Below, one piece after another: positions 1 to 9,604 of a stretch of DNA of 22,967 nt. The position numbers and the translations under genes are program-made. Below the pieces are notes generated by a model. It was not told the DNA's origin and did no database searches. It saw only the letters and a program-made list of their open reading frames with translations. The stretch spans positions 1 through 22,967 of the forward strand of contig NW_021836759.1 of the NCBI RefSeq assembly GCF_006345805.1. The letters run 5' to 3'. This stretch comes from Octopus sinensis. Taxonomy: Eukaryota. How positions within the stretch are numbered: position 1 is the stretch's first letter; each line of letters starts with the position of its first letter.

Positions 1-1057
1 AAGTGATTCTCAAAAAAAATTTTCCTATCTCATAGATATCAAAATTATTTCTAGGAAAACAGTTAGGATTTCTTATTCAACCCTCCCAAATATGTCCACT
101 TTAATAGCTAAAATTAATATAACAACATTAAACTAGCCAGGAAAGATAGAAATAAAATAATAATATCAGCATGAATACCAATAGCAATAACAATAATACT
201 ACCAACAATAAAAACAGCAATAGGAACTATCAAAACATAGGTGAAATTAGTAACCACAGAATGACTAATAACATTAACATAATGTAATAATAACAATGCC
301 GATATTAATAGAAGTAATATTGTTAATAATAGAATCATAGAAATAAGGCTAATGGAGAAAATAAGGAGAATGAAAATATCAGTGATATCTATAACATAAT
401 ATGCAGTCGGATAAAAAGACTAACAATAATAATAACATTACGAATAATATAAGAAATCTTGGTAGGACTTTACACCTAAATGTGATAGAAACAGAAGGAT
501 CAATAAATAATAGCAATACTTTAAATATCAGCACCAACTATAAATGATAATCAAATAATAGGAACCTAAACATCTACCCAAGAATAATCCAAGGCCTGAA
601 GTTGTTCCTCCTGTGTGTAAGTGTAGAATAAAATCAAAATGCCCGGCACCTGGTCTATGTAGGGAAAATAATGTAATCTAAATGTACCATATCCACAGAG
701 AATAACAAATATTTTTACATTGGCTGTACAATAAATTTTTTAGCCAGAGTTAGAAATCACATCTCGACTTTTAAATTACGTCATAAAGCTGGTACCACCA
801 CACTTTCAAACAAAATCTGGAACTCAAAAATAATAATAAAAATTATACCCTTAATTGGAAATAGTTAGGAGAGCAATTCCGTATAAAAATAGTAGGGTTG
901 GTTGTCAACTATGCTCCATGGAGACGTACGAAATTCTAAAGCATAGTAAACATGAAACTTATTGAATAACCATATCGAACTAGGTCAAGTTTGTGTCCAC
1001 GCTAAATTGAAGACTTTAAAATATTTTAAAATGATTGGAATATTCGTAACTAGATAG
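1..1057 (+). pseudogene. PLE ORF C-terminus, frameshifted: RT-EN linker, Asn-rich insert, GIY-YIG endonuclease
   Basis: Manual translation across frameshifts. ~14-135 reads KNFPISHRY/KIISRKTVRISYSTLPNMSTLIAKIN. 616-660 reads CKCRIKSKCPAPGLC. This is followed by NVI(Y)KCTISTENNKYFYIGCT (YIG at 716-724), RVRNHISTF, TLSNKIWN, W..VRRAIPYKN, CQLC (903-914), ETYEILK, LLNNHIELGQVCVH (CVH at 992-1000), and a stop at 1055-1057. Confidence 0.85.
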
Positions 1058-1764
1058 ATAGATATAACTTAATTTCTACTAGTATAGCACTGCTTTAAGT
1101 AGATAACTAAGAGTTCTCACATTACAGGTTACCTTTTCCTTATATCTGCATCAGTTTTTTGAGAGCAGGAAATGAATAGTACTATTCGCTACTTAATTGA
1201 GGCTTTATTAAATTTCAAACTCACAATTTTTAAATTCTTAATTTTAAATCTTAATTGTAATTTTTTAATTTTAAATTCCTAACTTAATTCTAATTTAAGT
1301 AGCATAACTCTAATAATTATAATAGTTACTGTAGCCCCATAAGTTCTATTTCAAATTAAATAAATAAGGCTATTCCATCGGTGATAATATGATTATCTTC
1401 ATTATGATAGACATCCCCTAACACCTTGTATATGATCTTATAAGATTTGACCTGTAGCCAGTCAATGTATGAATAATAACGACAACTCCTTAAGACAATA
1501 AAATGAATAAATTAAATAAGTAAATTTTTAATGACTTTTTGATAAGATTATGCTTAGATTTTCCTAATGTATTTTCTGGTATTTTAGCATCTGACCACTT
1601 AACCCCTGACTGTGTTATCTCTTTAGATTCTCTTTAAACTCATAGCTGATTTCACAGCAATAAATTAGCGGTTTACTGGTCAAAGAATAAGATTCTCCTC
1701 TATCTCCTAGATGCCTGTTGATAAAACCAGACTTGCAGTCTACTAACTCTTCTGTTAAACTAGT

Positions 1765-1975
1765 AACCCTCTTTTTTTTTTTCTTTTCTCTCTTTTTTTC
1801 CCCTCTTTCCCTATTTCTTTCTCTTTTCTCTTCTTTTTTTCTTTTTTTTTTTTGTTCTTCTTATTCTCTGTTTTTCCTTTTCTCTCCTCTTTTAGTCCCC
1901 CTTTCCCTCCCCCCTTTTTACTCTTCTCCCTCTCCTCCTTTATTTCTCTCTTTTCTTCTATTCCCTTCTCCATTT
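1765..1975. repeat. Polypyrimidine (CT/T-rich) low-complexity tract
   Basis: About 210 bp of almost pure C/T on the + strand. Confidence 0.9.
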
Positions 1976-2084
1976 TGGCCGCTCTAGAAAGCCCTTCTGC
2001 CTTTAAGAGTTAAATAGCTACAGCCTCTTGTGAATAGCACTAATGTGATTATGTGGCAATACCTAATCATATAACAAGGAAATT

Positions 2085-2370
2085 GATACCTACCTCATTG
2101 TGTCAACCATTGAAAAATTTATCGCCTGTGAATATGAATTCATCTCCATTTCTCTGGAAATTTACATCTACACATCACATTGAATTTGTGCATCTATACA
2201 AAGGATTAATTCACCCTCTCTGTAATGCTAATAAGCAGGAATTGAGACCCACCTCGTTGTAATTAACAATGGATAAATTGTCTTCTGTGAGTATATAATC
2301 CATCATCATATCTCTGGAAATTCATATGTGCACTATGGATTAGGTCACCTTCTCTGTGATGCTATCAAAA
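2085..2370. repeat. Diverged ~160-bp tandem duplication
   Basis: tacctcattgtg..ttatcgcctgtgaatatgaattcatctccatttctctggaaatt..ggattaattcaccctctctgtaatgcta aligns with cacctcgttgta..ttgtcttctgtgagtatataatccatcatcatatctctggaaatt..ggattaggtcaccttctctgtgatgcta at an offset of ~160. Confidence 0.7.
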
Positions 2371-2514
2371 CTTTTGTAAAATTCTGTGATAAGACTGTAC
2401 ATCATCTTTAAAGAACTTTAATGAACTTTAGAAATCTGTTTATGTTACCTAATTATCTACATTACTTCATGAGTATAGCCTCAAACACTAGGATGTCTTG
2501 AGAACTTACATGTA

Positions 2515-2605
2515 TTTTAGCTGATGAGTACAGGACTCGTTTATATGCTGTAATCTTTGCAACTTTTAATAAAACCTGTCCTTGTATGAAACGATCGTAC
2601 TAAAA
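2515..2605 (+). ncRNA. Type I hammerhead ribozyme
   Basis: Stem I TTTTAG (2515-20) / CTAAAA (2600-05). Core CTGATGA (2521-27). Stem II GTACAGGAC (2528-36) / GTCCTTGTAT (2578-87). GAAA (2588-91). Stem III AC-GATC-GT. Predicted cleavage after GTA at 2599. Confidence 0.85.
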
Positions 2606-2752
2606 ACCTATCCATTCTTGTTGCTTCTTTCTCGCTTATAATCACCCCGCATTACTGTATTGTTAAATCAGTATAGTTTTTTTTGGTGCATCTAAGTTAG
2701 GTACCATATTCAAGTAAATTCATTTAAATTAACTTGAATCTTTATTGCTCTT

Positions 2753-2812
2753 TGTATATATATTATATATAATATATATATATATATATCTATATATATA
2801 TTATATATATAC

Positions 2813-2852
<40 letters not shown>
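2753..2852. repeat. (TA)n microsatellite
   Basis: Direct reading. Confidence 0.95.
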
Positions 2853-2853
<1 letters not shown>

Positions 2854-3069
2854 TGGTTCGTTTTGTTCTCTTTATTATCATCTTATAATCATCTCAAACA
2901 ATGACCTTTATGACTCGTATTACTACCTCAGTCAATCTAAATATATATATTTGTCGCTACCTGTCATAAATAGCCTTTTTCTATTTGCAATATGCATTTC
3001 GTTGATTCTTCATATTTTACCCTTGCATTTCCACGTGTATTTTATATTTTCTTTTCGTAACATATTTCT

Positions 3070-3177
3070 ACTATATATATATATTATATATATATATATA
3101 CATATATATATTTATGTATGGTATATATAATAATGTATGTATATATTATATATGTATGTATATATATGTAGTGTGTG

Positions 3178-3208
<31 letters not shown>

Positions 3209-3325
3209 GTGTATAAATGTGTGTGTGTATATATATTATATAATGTATATATTTATTTATATTACGTTGTACATGTATATATGTAGGTATTTATGTATTT
3301 ATATATACATATATATATAACATAC
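3070..3325. repeat. Compound (TA)n/(TG)n microsatellite
   Basis: Direct reading. Confidence 0.9.
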
Positions 3326-3484
3326 ATAAATGATATTAGATTAATGTAACTGTGTGTGTGTATGTATTTAGGTGTATATATATGTTTAATTATATATGTA
3401 TACATAAGGGTGATAACTTGTGTATATTTATAACCCTGTACATGTGTTGTTGTGTATGTGTGTCTGTGCGAGTGTGTGGATGCA

Positions 3485-3720
3485 CATTTTAGTGTGTTGC
3501 ACTCATGATACTAAGATTAAGGTTTCAATTCCTGGATTGGGTGATAGATTGTTTTCTTGAGCAACACTCTTCATTCCACTTCCCCCAATTTATTCGGCTA
3601 GTAAAATCAAGGAATCCAACGATGGCCCACCTTCCTCTTCATTGGGTGAAATATATACATGACAGAATAAGGGAAACCGTCCTTATGAGTCGATAATTTG
3701 TGCTGTGTGAGTCAATGACT
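3485..3720 (+). mobile_element. Degenerate SINE-like element (paralogue at ~7465-7700)
   Basis: B-box-like GGTTTCAATTCC followed by tgttttcttgagcaacactctt, the usual post-tRNA SINE segment. Confidence 0.45.
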
Positions 3721-3824
3721 CAGGAAAGTTTTGATACGGTTTCATAATACACACACGCACAGATATATTATTCTTTTACACATTTCTTTACACGGCAGCT
3801 GTGGTCATGCTGGAGCACCATCAT

Positions 3825-3970
3825 GGTCTTGCAGCTTTTCTCAGTCGTTTGCCCCAGCTGTAATCTTGCGATGTCATCTTTGATTTTTTTTAATTGCCTC
3901 TGATAATTTTGTATCGTTAGCATAGCTGGTAACTATGGCTGTCTGAGGGGCCACTGGCATGTCTAAGAGG
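3825..3970 (-). pseudogene. CR1-group LINE RT fragment (YADD region; paralogue 7815-7895)
   Basis: DMPVAPQTAIVTSYANDTKLSEAIKKIKDDIARLQ in copy 1; LLDMPVVPQTAIVTSYADDTKLSE in copy 2. Confidence 0.7.
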
Positions 3971-4014
3971 GCTACAAGTACATACATACATACAGATATA
4001 TATGTATCACACCA

Positions 4015-4268
4015 TCATCATCATCATCGTCTTCAATGTCTGCTTTCATGCTGGCATGAGTTGGACGGTGTGAGAGAGGGTTGGCAAGCCAGACCCCTGC
4101 ACCAGACCCCAATCTGATCTGGCTAAGATTTTCAGTTTACGCCATTCCTAATGCCAACCACTCCGGGATTGTAGTGGGTGCTTTTTATGTGCCACTGGCA
4201 TGAAGGCCAGCCCTGGCAGTGCTGGCATCAAGCATGCTTGAATGAGGCTCTTTACGTGCCACCATCAC
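4015..4268 (-). mobile_element. RTE LINE 3' tail fragment (paralogue 7928-8170)
   Basis: (CAT)n tail plus ccatgctggcatg..tggttggcattagga and gcacccactac segments shared with 13820-13989. Confidence 0.85.
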
Positions 4269-4271
4269 ATA

Positions 4272-4648
4272 CACTACCGTCAGAAATTAATTAGCACCCT
4301 TGATTTGCTCTGACTCAAGGTATGTGCTGTCACCTAGTGGCCATATCTCGAACGTTTGGCTTTGTTGCGAGTTCACTGTTGCGCAGAACGAGACGTAACT
4401 TTGTTTGCAGAGCAGTTTGGAGAGTCTACAGCCTTATGATGTTGACATAGCAGTGCAAACAACAACTTGGAGTGCGGATGCAGACAAATCTTCCTTGTTT
4501 AATAGATATAGGTAGCGCCTCGCAAGGACCGAAATCACACCATACTAAGTTTTACTCATCGCGTAAGACGTTTTGAACAGCTCATAGGTTATTGATTTAA
4601 CCTATTTATGTAGAAATTGAGAAGGCTAATTAATTTCTGACGCAAGTG
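4272..4648. mobile_element. Tc1/mariner-type MITE, 377 bp
   Basis: TIRs CACTACCGTCAGAAATTAATTAGC / GCTAATTAATTTCTGACGCAAGTG; TA on both sides (4270-71, 4649-50); absent from the paralogous site at ~8170. Confidence 0.9.
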
Positions 4649-4724
4649 TATGTAGTATATATCTATATATTATGTATGTATTATATATATATATAGACAC
4701 AAAATTTATATATATATATATGTA

Positions 4725-4959
4725 CACTAAAACTGGACAGAGTATATGCTAAACATAGACGTCAAATCACCATTACCGCGAACAGTGTGGTCCCAATAAA
4801 ATTCTCAGCAAAACCGATGGTACATAGGTAATCGTTTTTTATTTCGTATATTTTCATTTGTCTTGCTTATTTTTACCTTTTGGTTTTCTTGAGAACACAT
4901 TCTTCGTGGTAATGGTGATTTGACATCTATTTTAGCATATAGGCTGTCCACTTTTAGTG
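4725..4959. mobile_element. Hairpin (MITE-like) element with ~70-bp inverted arms
   Basis: 4725-4795 (cactaaaactggacagagtatatgctaaacatagacgtcaaatcaccattaccgcg..) is the reverse complement of 4890-4959 with scattered mismatches; absent from duplication copy 2. Confidence 0.75.
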
Positions 4960-5146
4960 GTCAGTCCTCTAAATTTTCTATGCAACGCAATTGTTAATCT
5001 TCAGATTTTTAAGAATATACTAAGCCACTGGTTTTAATTGGATAAATATCAATTTCTACCCTTATTTAATTTTATATATGTATATATATATCTGTGTGTG
5101 TGTGTGTGTTTGTATGTATACACACACATATGTATTATATATATAT

Positions 5147-5556
5147 ACTCTTTTACTTGTTTCAGTCATTTGACTGTGGCCATGCTGGAGCACTGCCTGT
5201 AGTCGAGCAAATCGACTCTGGGACTTATTCCTTTGTAAGCCCAGTACTTATTCTATCGGTCTCTTTTGGAGAACCGCTAAGTAACGGGGACATAAACACA
5301 ACCGGCATCGTTGTCAAGCAATGCTAGGGGGACAAACACAGACACACAAACACACACATGCATATATATATATATATATATATTATAGATATAATCTATA
5401 TACGACGGGCTTCTTTTCAGTTTCCGTCTGCCAAATCCACTCACAAGGCTTTGGTCGGCCCGAGGCTATAGTAGAAGACACTTGTCCAAGGTGCCATGCA
5501 GTGGGATTGAACCCGGAAGCATGTGGTTGGTAAGCAAGCTACTTACCACACAGCCA
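5147..5556 (-). mobile_element. tRNA-derived SINE (octopus-type family)
   Basis: A box TGGCTGTGTGG, B box GGTTCAATCCC; colinear with 21823-22220; absent from duplication copy 2. Confidence 0.9.
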
Positions 5557-5639
5557 TATATATATATACATATTTTTTTTTCTGTAGTTTCAGCACAGAG
5601 TTGTGGCCATGCTGATGCAATGCTGCTTTGCGACACTGT

Positions 5640-5960
5640 TATTACTGAGAGCCTCCTCAAATATGTGGCACTTGGTGAAGAATGGAGTTTGATGTAGCCA
5701 CCCTCAGTTACACCTCTGGCCGTGAGGTAGGTTGATCTGGGATTATCGACAGGAAGAGGTCCAGCTTTGATTTCAAATCTCCTACATCTACTTTGTCCAA
5801 GTTCTTCAGGCTCTTTGGGAGAATATTAAAAAGCTGTGGGCCCCTGAAACTCAGGCTGTTGCAGTAACTGGTCCTGAAGCGTGATGGCATTGCTGGGTTT
5901 TTTTGGCAATATGTAGTAAAATCCCGTTCTGGCATTGGTGTAGCTTTTCAATGCCATAAT
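5640..5960 (-). pseudogene. CR1-group LINE ORF2 C-terminal fragment (paralogue 8300-8625)
   Basis: NSLSFRGPQLFNILPKSLKNLDKVDVGDLKSKLDLFLSIIPDQPT resembles the C-terminus of CR1/L2-group ORF2 proteins. Confidence 0.7.
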
Positions 5961-6152
5961 TTAATACATGCATACATATATATGTATAAACACACACACG
6001 CACACACACACTTATAAGTACGTAAAGATCATATACGTGCATATGTTTACTTATGTGTGAACATAAGCATGTATATATATATATATATATACACATACAC
6101 ACACACAAACACCAAAAACACTTATGCATATACTTATGTATGTGTATGTTGA

Positions 6153-6497
6153 TCTTTTACTTGATCCAGTCATTAAACTACGGCCAAGCTGGGGCACCAC
6201 CTTGGGGTATTCTTTGCTATTCAAATGGACAGACACTGCACTTATTTTCTTTCTGAGTCTGGAACTTATTCTATCGGTACCTTTTGCTGAACTGCTTAGT
6301 TATGAAGACAGAGAGACACACACATACACACACACCACACATATATATATATATGTGCAACGGGCCTCTGTCAGTTTCCGTCTACCAATTCTATTCGCAA
6401 GGCCTTGGTTGGCCTGAGGATAGAGTAGCAGTCACTTGCCCCAGGTGCCATGTAGTGGGACTGAACCTGGGACCATGTGCTTGGTAAGTAAACTTAT
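6153..6497 (-). mobile_element. tRNA-derived SINE, diverged
   Basis: Colinear with 21823-22220 on the reverse strand; B box ggttcagtccc. Confidence 0.8.
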
Positions 6498-6530
6498 TAT
6501 GGAAAAAAAAAAGCTATGTGTGTGTGTGTT

Positions 6531-6955
6531 CAGGCATGTCTGTGTGGTAAGAAATGTGCTTCCCAACCACATGGTTCTGGGTTCAGCCCCATGGTGTGGC
6601 ACCTTCAGCAAGTGTCTTCCGCTACAGTCACAGGGCAGTTAAACCCTTGTTTGGATTTGGTAATGGAAACTAAAAGAAGCCCACCTTATATGTGTGCACA
6701 TATATAGAAATCGATATGTCTATGTGTGTGCATGCGAGTGCACATCTGTGTGTGCATCTGCCTGTGAGAGTGTATCTTTGTCTATATCTGTTCCCCCTCT
6801 CACTGCTTGGCAACCGGTGAGTGTGTGTTTATATCCCCATAAGTTAACAGTTTGGAAAAGAGTCCCTTAGAACAAGCTTAAAAAAATTTAGTTCTTGGGT
6901 CAACAAGTTTGACAAAATCTTAATAAAATGCGGTGCCCCAGCATGGCCACGATCT
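6531..6955 (+). mobile_element. tRNA-derived SINE, diverged
   Basis: tgtgtggtaag..ccaaccacatggttctgggttcagcccc..ggtgccccagcatggccac. Confidence 0.8.
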
Positions 6956-7334
6956 TAAAAAAATAAAAAATGGAAGTATACACAATGGAGGTGGTTTGTT
7001 GAGTTAAAAGAATGAAAATGTGCAGGTGGGTATGTGTAAATGGGTGTATGAGTGTATTTGTTTGGAAATTGCAAAACTCAAATTTATGTATATAAATTTG
7101 GTGAGTGAATGGGAAGTAAAAATGGTAATTGTTATTTTTGACTTTGATAAGCATTCAGATAAAAGACTTTCTTAGAAAGCTTTTGTTGGATGATACCTGT
7201 TCAACAAGTGGCCTGCGAAAAAATTTAAGTTAAAAAGTATTACTGTGTGTGTAACAACACGTGGACGTGGAACAAGTATAGTGTTATTCGACGCCCAGGA
7301 AAGAAGGAGTGTGTGTATATATATAAGAGTGTCT

Positions 7335-8640
7335 GTTTATGTATTTATGTGTATATATGTATGTTTAATTATATATGTATATATAAGGGTGTATACTTGT
7401 GTATATTTATACCCCTGTACATGTGTGTTTGTGTATGTGTGTCTGTGCGAGTGTGTGGATGCACATTTCTAGTGTGTTGCACTCATGATACTAAGATTAA
7501 GGTTTCAATTCCTGGATTGGGTGATAGATTGTTTTCTTGAGCAACACTCTTCATTCCACTTCCCCTAATTTATTCGGCTAGTAAAAACAAGGAATCCAAC
7601 GATGGCCCACCTTCCTCATCATTGGGGGAAACATATACATGACAGAATAAGGGAAACCGGCCTTATGAGTCGATAATTTGTGCTGTGTGAGTCAATGACT
7701 CAGGAAAGTTTTGATACGGTTTCATAATACACACACGCACAGATATATTATTCTTTTACACATTTCTTTACACATGTAGCTGTGGTCATGCTGGAGCACC
7801 ACCATGGTCTTGCAGCTCTCTCTGATAATTTTGTATCGTCAGCATAGCTGGTAACTATGGCTGTCTGAGGGACCACTGGCATGTCTAAGAGGGTTACAAA
7901 TACATACATACATACAGATATATATGTATCATCATCATCATCGTCGTCTTTAACATCTGCTTCCATGCTGGCATGAGTTTGACGGTTTGAGTGAGGGTTG
8001 GCGAGCCAGACCCCAATCTGATCTGGCAAAGTTTCTGCAGCTAGACACCATTCCTAATGCCAACCACTCCAGGATTGTAGTGGGTGCTTTTTATGTGCCA
8101 CTGTCATGAGGGCCAGCTAGGCAGTCCTGGTTCAAGCATGCTTGAATGATGCTCTTTACGTGCCACCATCACATATGTATGTAGTATCTATATATGTATG
8201 TTTTATACACACACATATGCATTATATATATATATTAATTTTCTGTTGTTTTAGCTCAGAGCTGTGGTCATGCTGGAGCAACTGCTGTTTTGCTACACTG
8301 TTATTACTGAGTGCCTCCTCCAATATGTGGCACTTCGTGAGGAATGGAGTTTGATGTAGCCACCCTCATTTACACCTCTGGCCGTGAGGTAGGTCGCTCT
8401 GGGATTCTCGACAGGAAGAGGTCCAGCTTTGATTTAAAATCTCCTACATCTACTTCGTGCAAGTTCTTCAGGTTCTTTGGGAGAATATTAAAAAGCTGTG
8501 GGCCCCTGAAACCCGGCTGTTGCAGTAACTGGTCCTGAAGCGTGATGGCATTGCTGGGTTTTTTTGGCAATATGTAGTAAAATCCCGTTCTGGCATTGGT
8601 GTAGCTTTTCAATGCCAAAATTCAAATATATGTGTGCATG
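7335..8640 (+). repeat. Local segmental duplication, copy 2
   Basis: Matches 3352-4270 and 5560-5970, without the three insertions present in copy 1. Confidence 0.9.
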
Positions 8641-8648
8641 TATTATTT

Positions 8649-8698
<50 letters not shown>

Positions 8699-8730
8699 AT
8701 ATATATATATATATATATAATATATATATC
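8640..8730. repeat. (TA)n microsatellite
   Basis: Direct reading. Confidence 0.95.
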
Positions 8731-8899
8731 AGGGGTGAAGGGTGTATATATGCAATGCATGCCTTACTATTTTTGCCCCAAAAATAATTTCTGTGTAATA
8801 TAGAATTGATTATTGAAGATTTTCATTAGATTCATTGCAGTCATATTTACTTAGAAAGAAAAGGAAATGGAAGCAATTTTGTGAATTCACTTCCTTTAC

Positions 8900-9090
8900 C
8901 GGGTGCTGTGTTGTGTTCTTGAGCAAAGCACTTCGTCTCGTGTTGCTTTGCCATCACTTCAACACCTCATGTGTGGTACACTGCGCACCTGTTCAGGTAA
9001 ACATCGATTTGATGGAGAGAGTGAGCTAAAGTACAGCATGAACATTTCATCACTATAAACAAATTGCTTGTGCAGGCCGTTGGGCAAAAG
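8900..9090 (+). mobile_element. SINE-like fragment of another family
   Basis: tgtgttgtgttcttgagcaaagcacttc resembles the post-tRNA segment seen at 3545 and in other SINEs. Confidence 0.4.
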
Positions 9091-9604
9091 ATGAATGCTC
9101 CTATGTTGCTTTCAACCAGCGAGTCCATCATACATTCATTCATACACACATCTAAATGACTAAGGAGTTTATTAATTAAGTCACTTAACAAGATTACATG
9201 GAATCTTGCCTTTTAGGCATTTGGCAGATGGAGTCTTGCATTTGAAACAATTTGTCACATATAATAGATTTTGGAAATATTTTTAATGATAATGAGTATA
9301 ATTTGGTAATATGTAGGTATAGTTATATAGAGAAGAGAATATGTGAGGATTCGGAGATTGAATTCTGGGCGTAATTTTAGCGATTAACAACAACATGTTG
9401 AGATGATATATATGGTCACTTTTGATGTTTTGTCCCCTCAGTTTGGTCCAACTGGTTTCCGGCATGTATTTTAACCATATAGTACCCATATAAGTTAGTA
9501 AATATATTAATGATTCACATAGTTAAACTTATACATATAATATCGTACAAAGGTTTTTTTTAATAAATTTGTAATAATTTACCTCTCTTATATATTATAT
9601 TAAA

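Larger units (their letters stand above)
1..2752 (+). mobile_element. 3' portion of a decayed Penelope-like retroelement: RT-EN linker, GIY-YIG endonuclease, long 3' region ending in a hammerhead-bearing pseudo-LTR
   Basis: Coding remnants at 1-1057 and a hammerhead at 2515-2605 are on the same strand, and the sequence ends abruptly at a (TA)n run at ~2753. Continuity of 1060-2500 with the element is inferred. Confidence 0.7.
3352..5970 (+). repeat. Local segmental duplication, copy 1 (with extra insertions)
   Basis: 3352-4270 matches ~7335-8172, and 5560-5970 matches ~8225-8640, at high identity. Confidence 0.9.

Noticed and set aside
1-1330. Mitochondrial insertion (NUMT), suggested by the A-rich strand bias and the hydrophobic minus-strand ORF 114-338 with faint cytb/ND-like words
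   Set aside because: Motif spacing does not fit any mitochondrial gene. The + strand translates into clear PLE linker and GIY-YIG motifs, and the hydrophobic ORF is just the antisense of Asn-rich codons.
1718-1987. Lys/Glu-rich ORF 1755-1973 (-) and Phe/Ser/Leu-rich ORF 1718-1987 (+)
   Set aside because: Both are products of a polypyrimidine tract.
2085-2400. Faint RT-like words on the minus strand (FYKSFDSI, LQRG*INPLY, FTGD)
   Set aside because: The segment is a ~160-bp tandem duplication, which is incompatible with colinear RT motifs; the similarity is likely chance.
2464-2492. Second degenerate hammerhead (catgag-tatagc-ctc-aaac)
   Set aside because: Lacks CTGA and G12, and has no stem I partner.
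9441-9464. Micro-exon after gtcccctcag (FGPTGFRH)
   Set aside because: Weak donor (CAT|gtattt) and no recognisable peptide.
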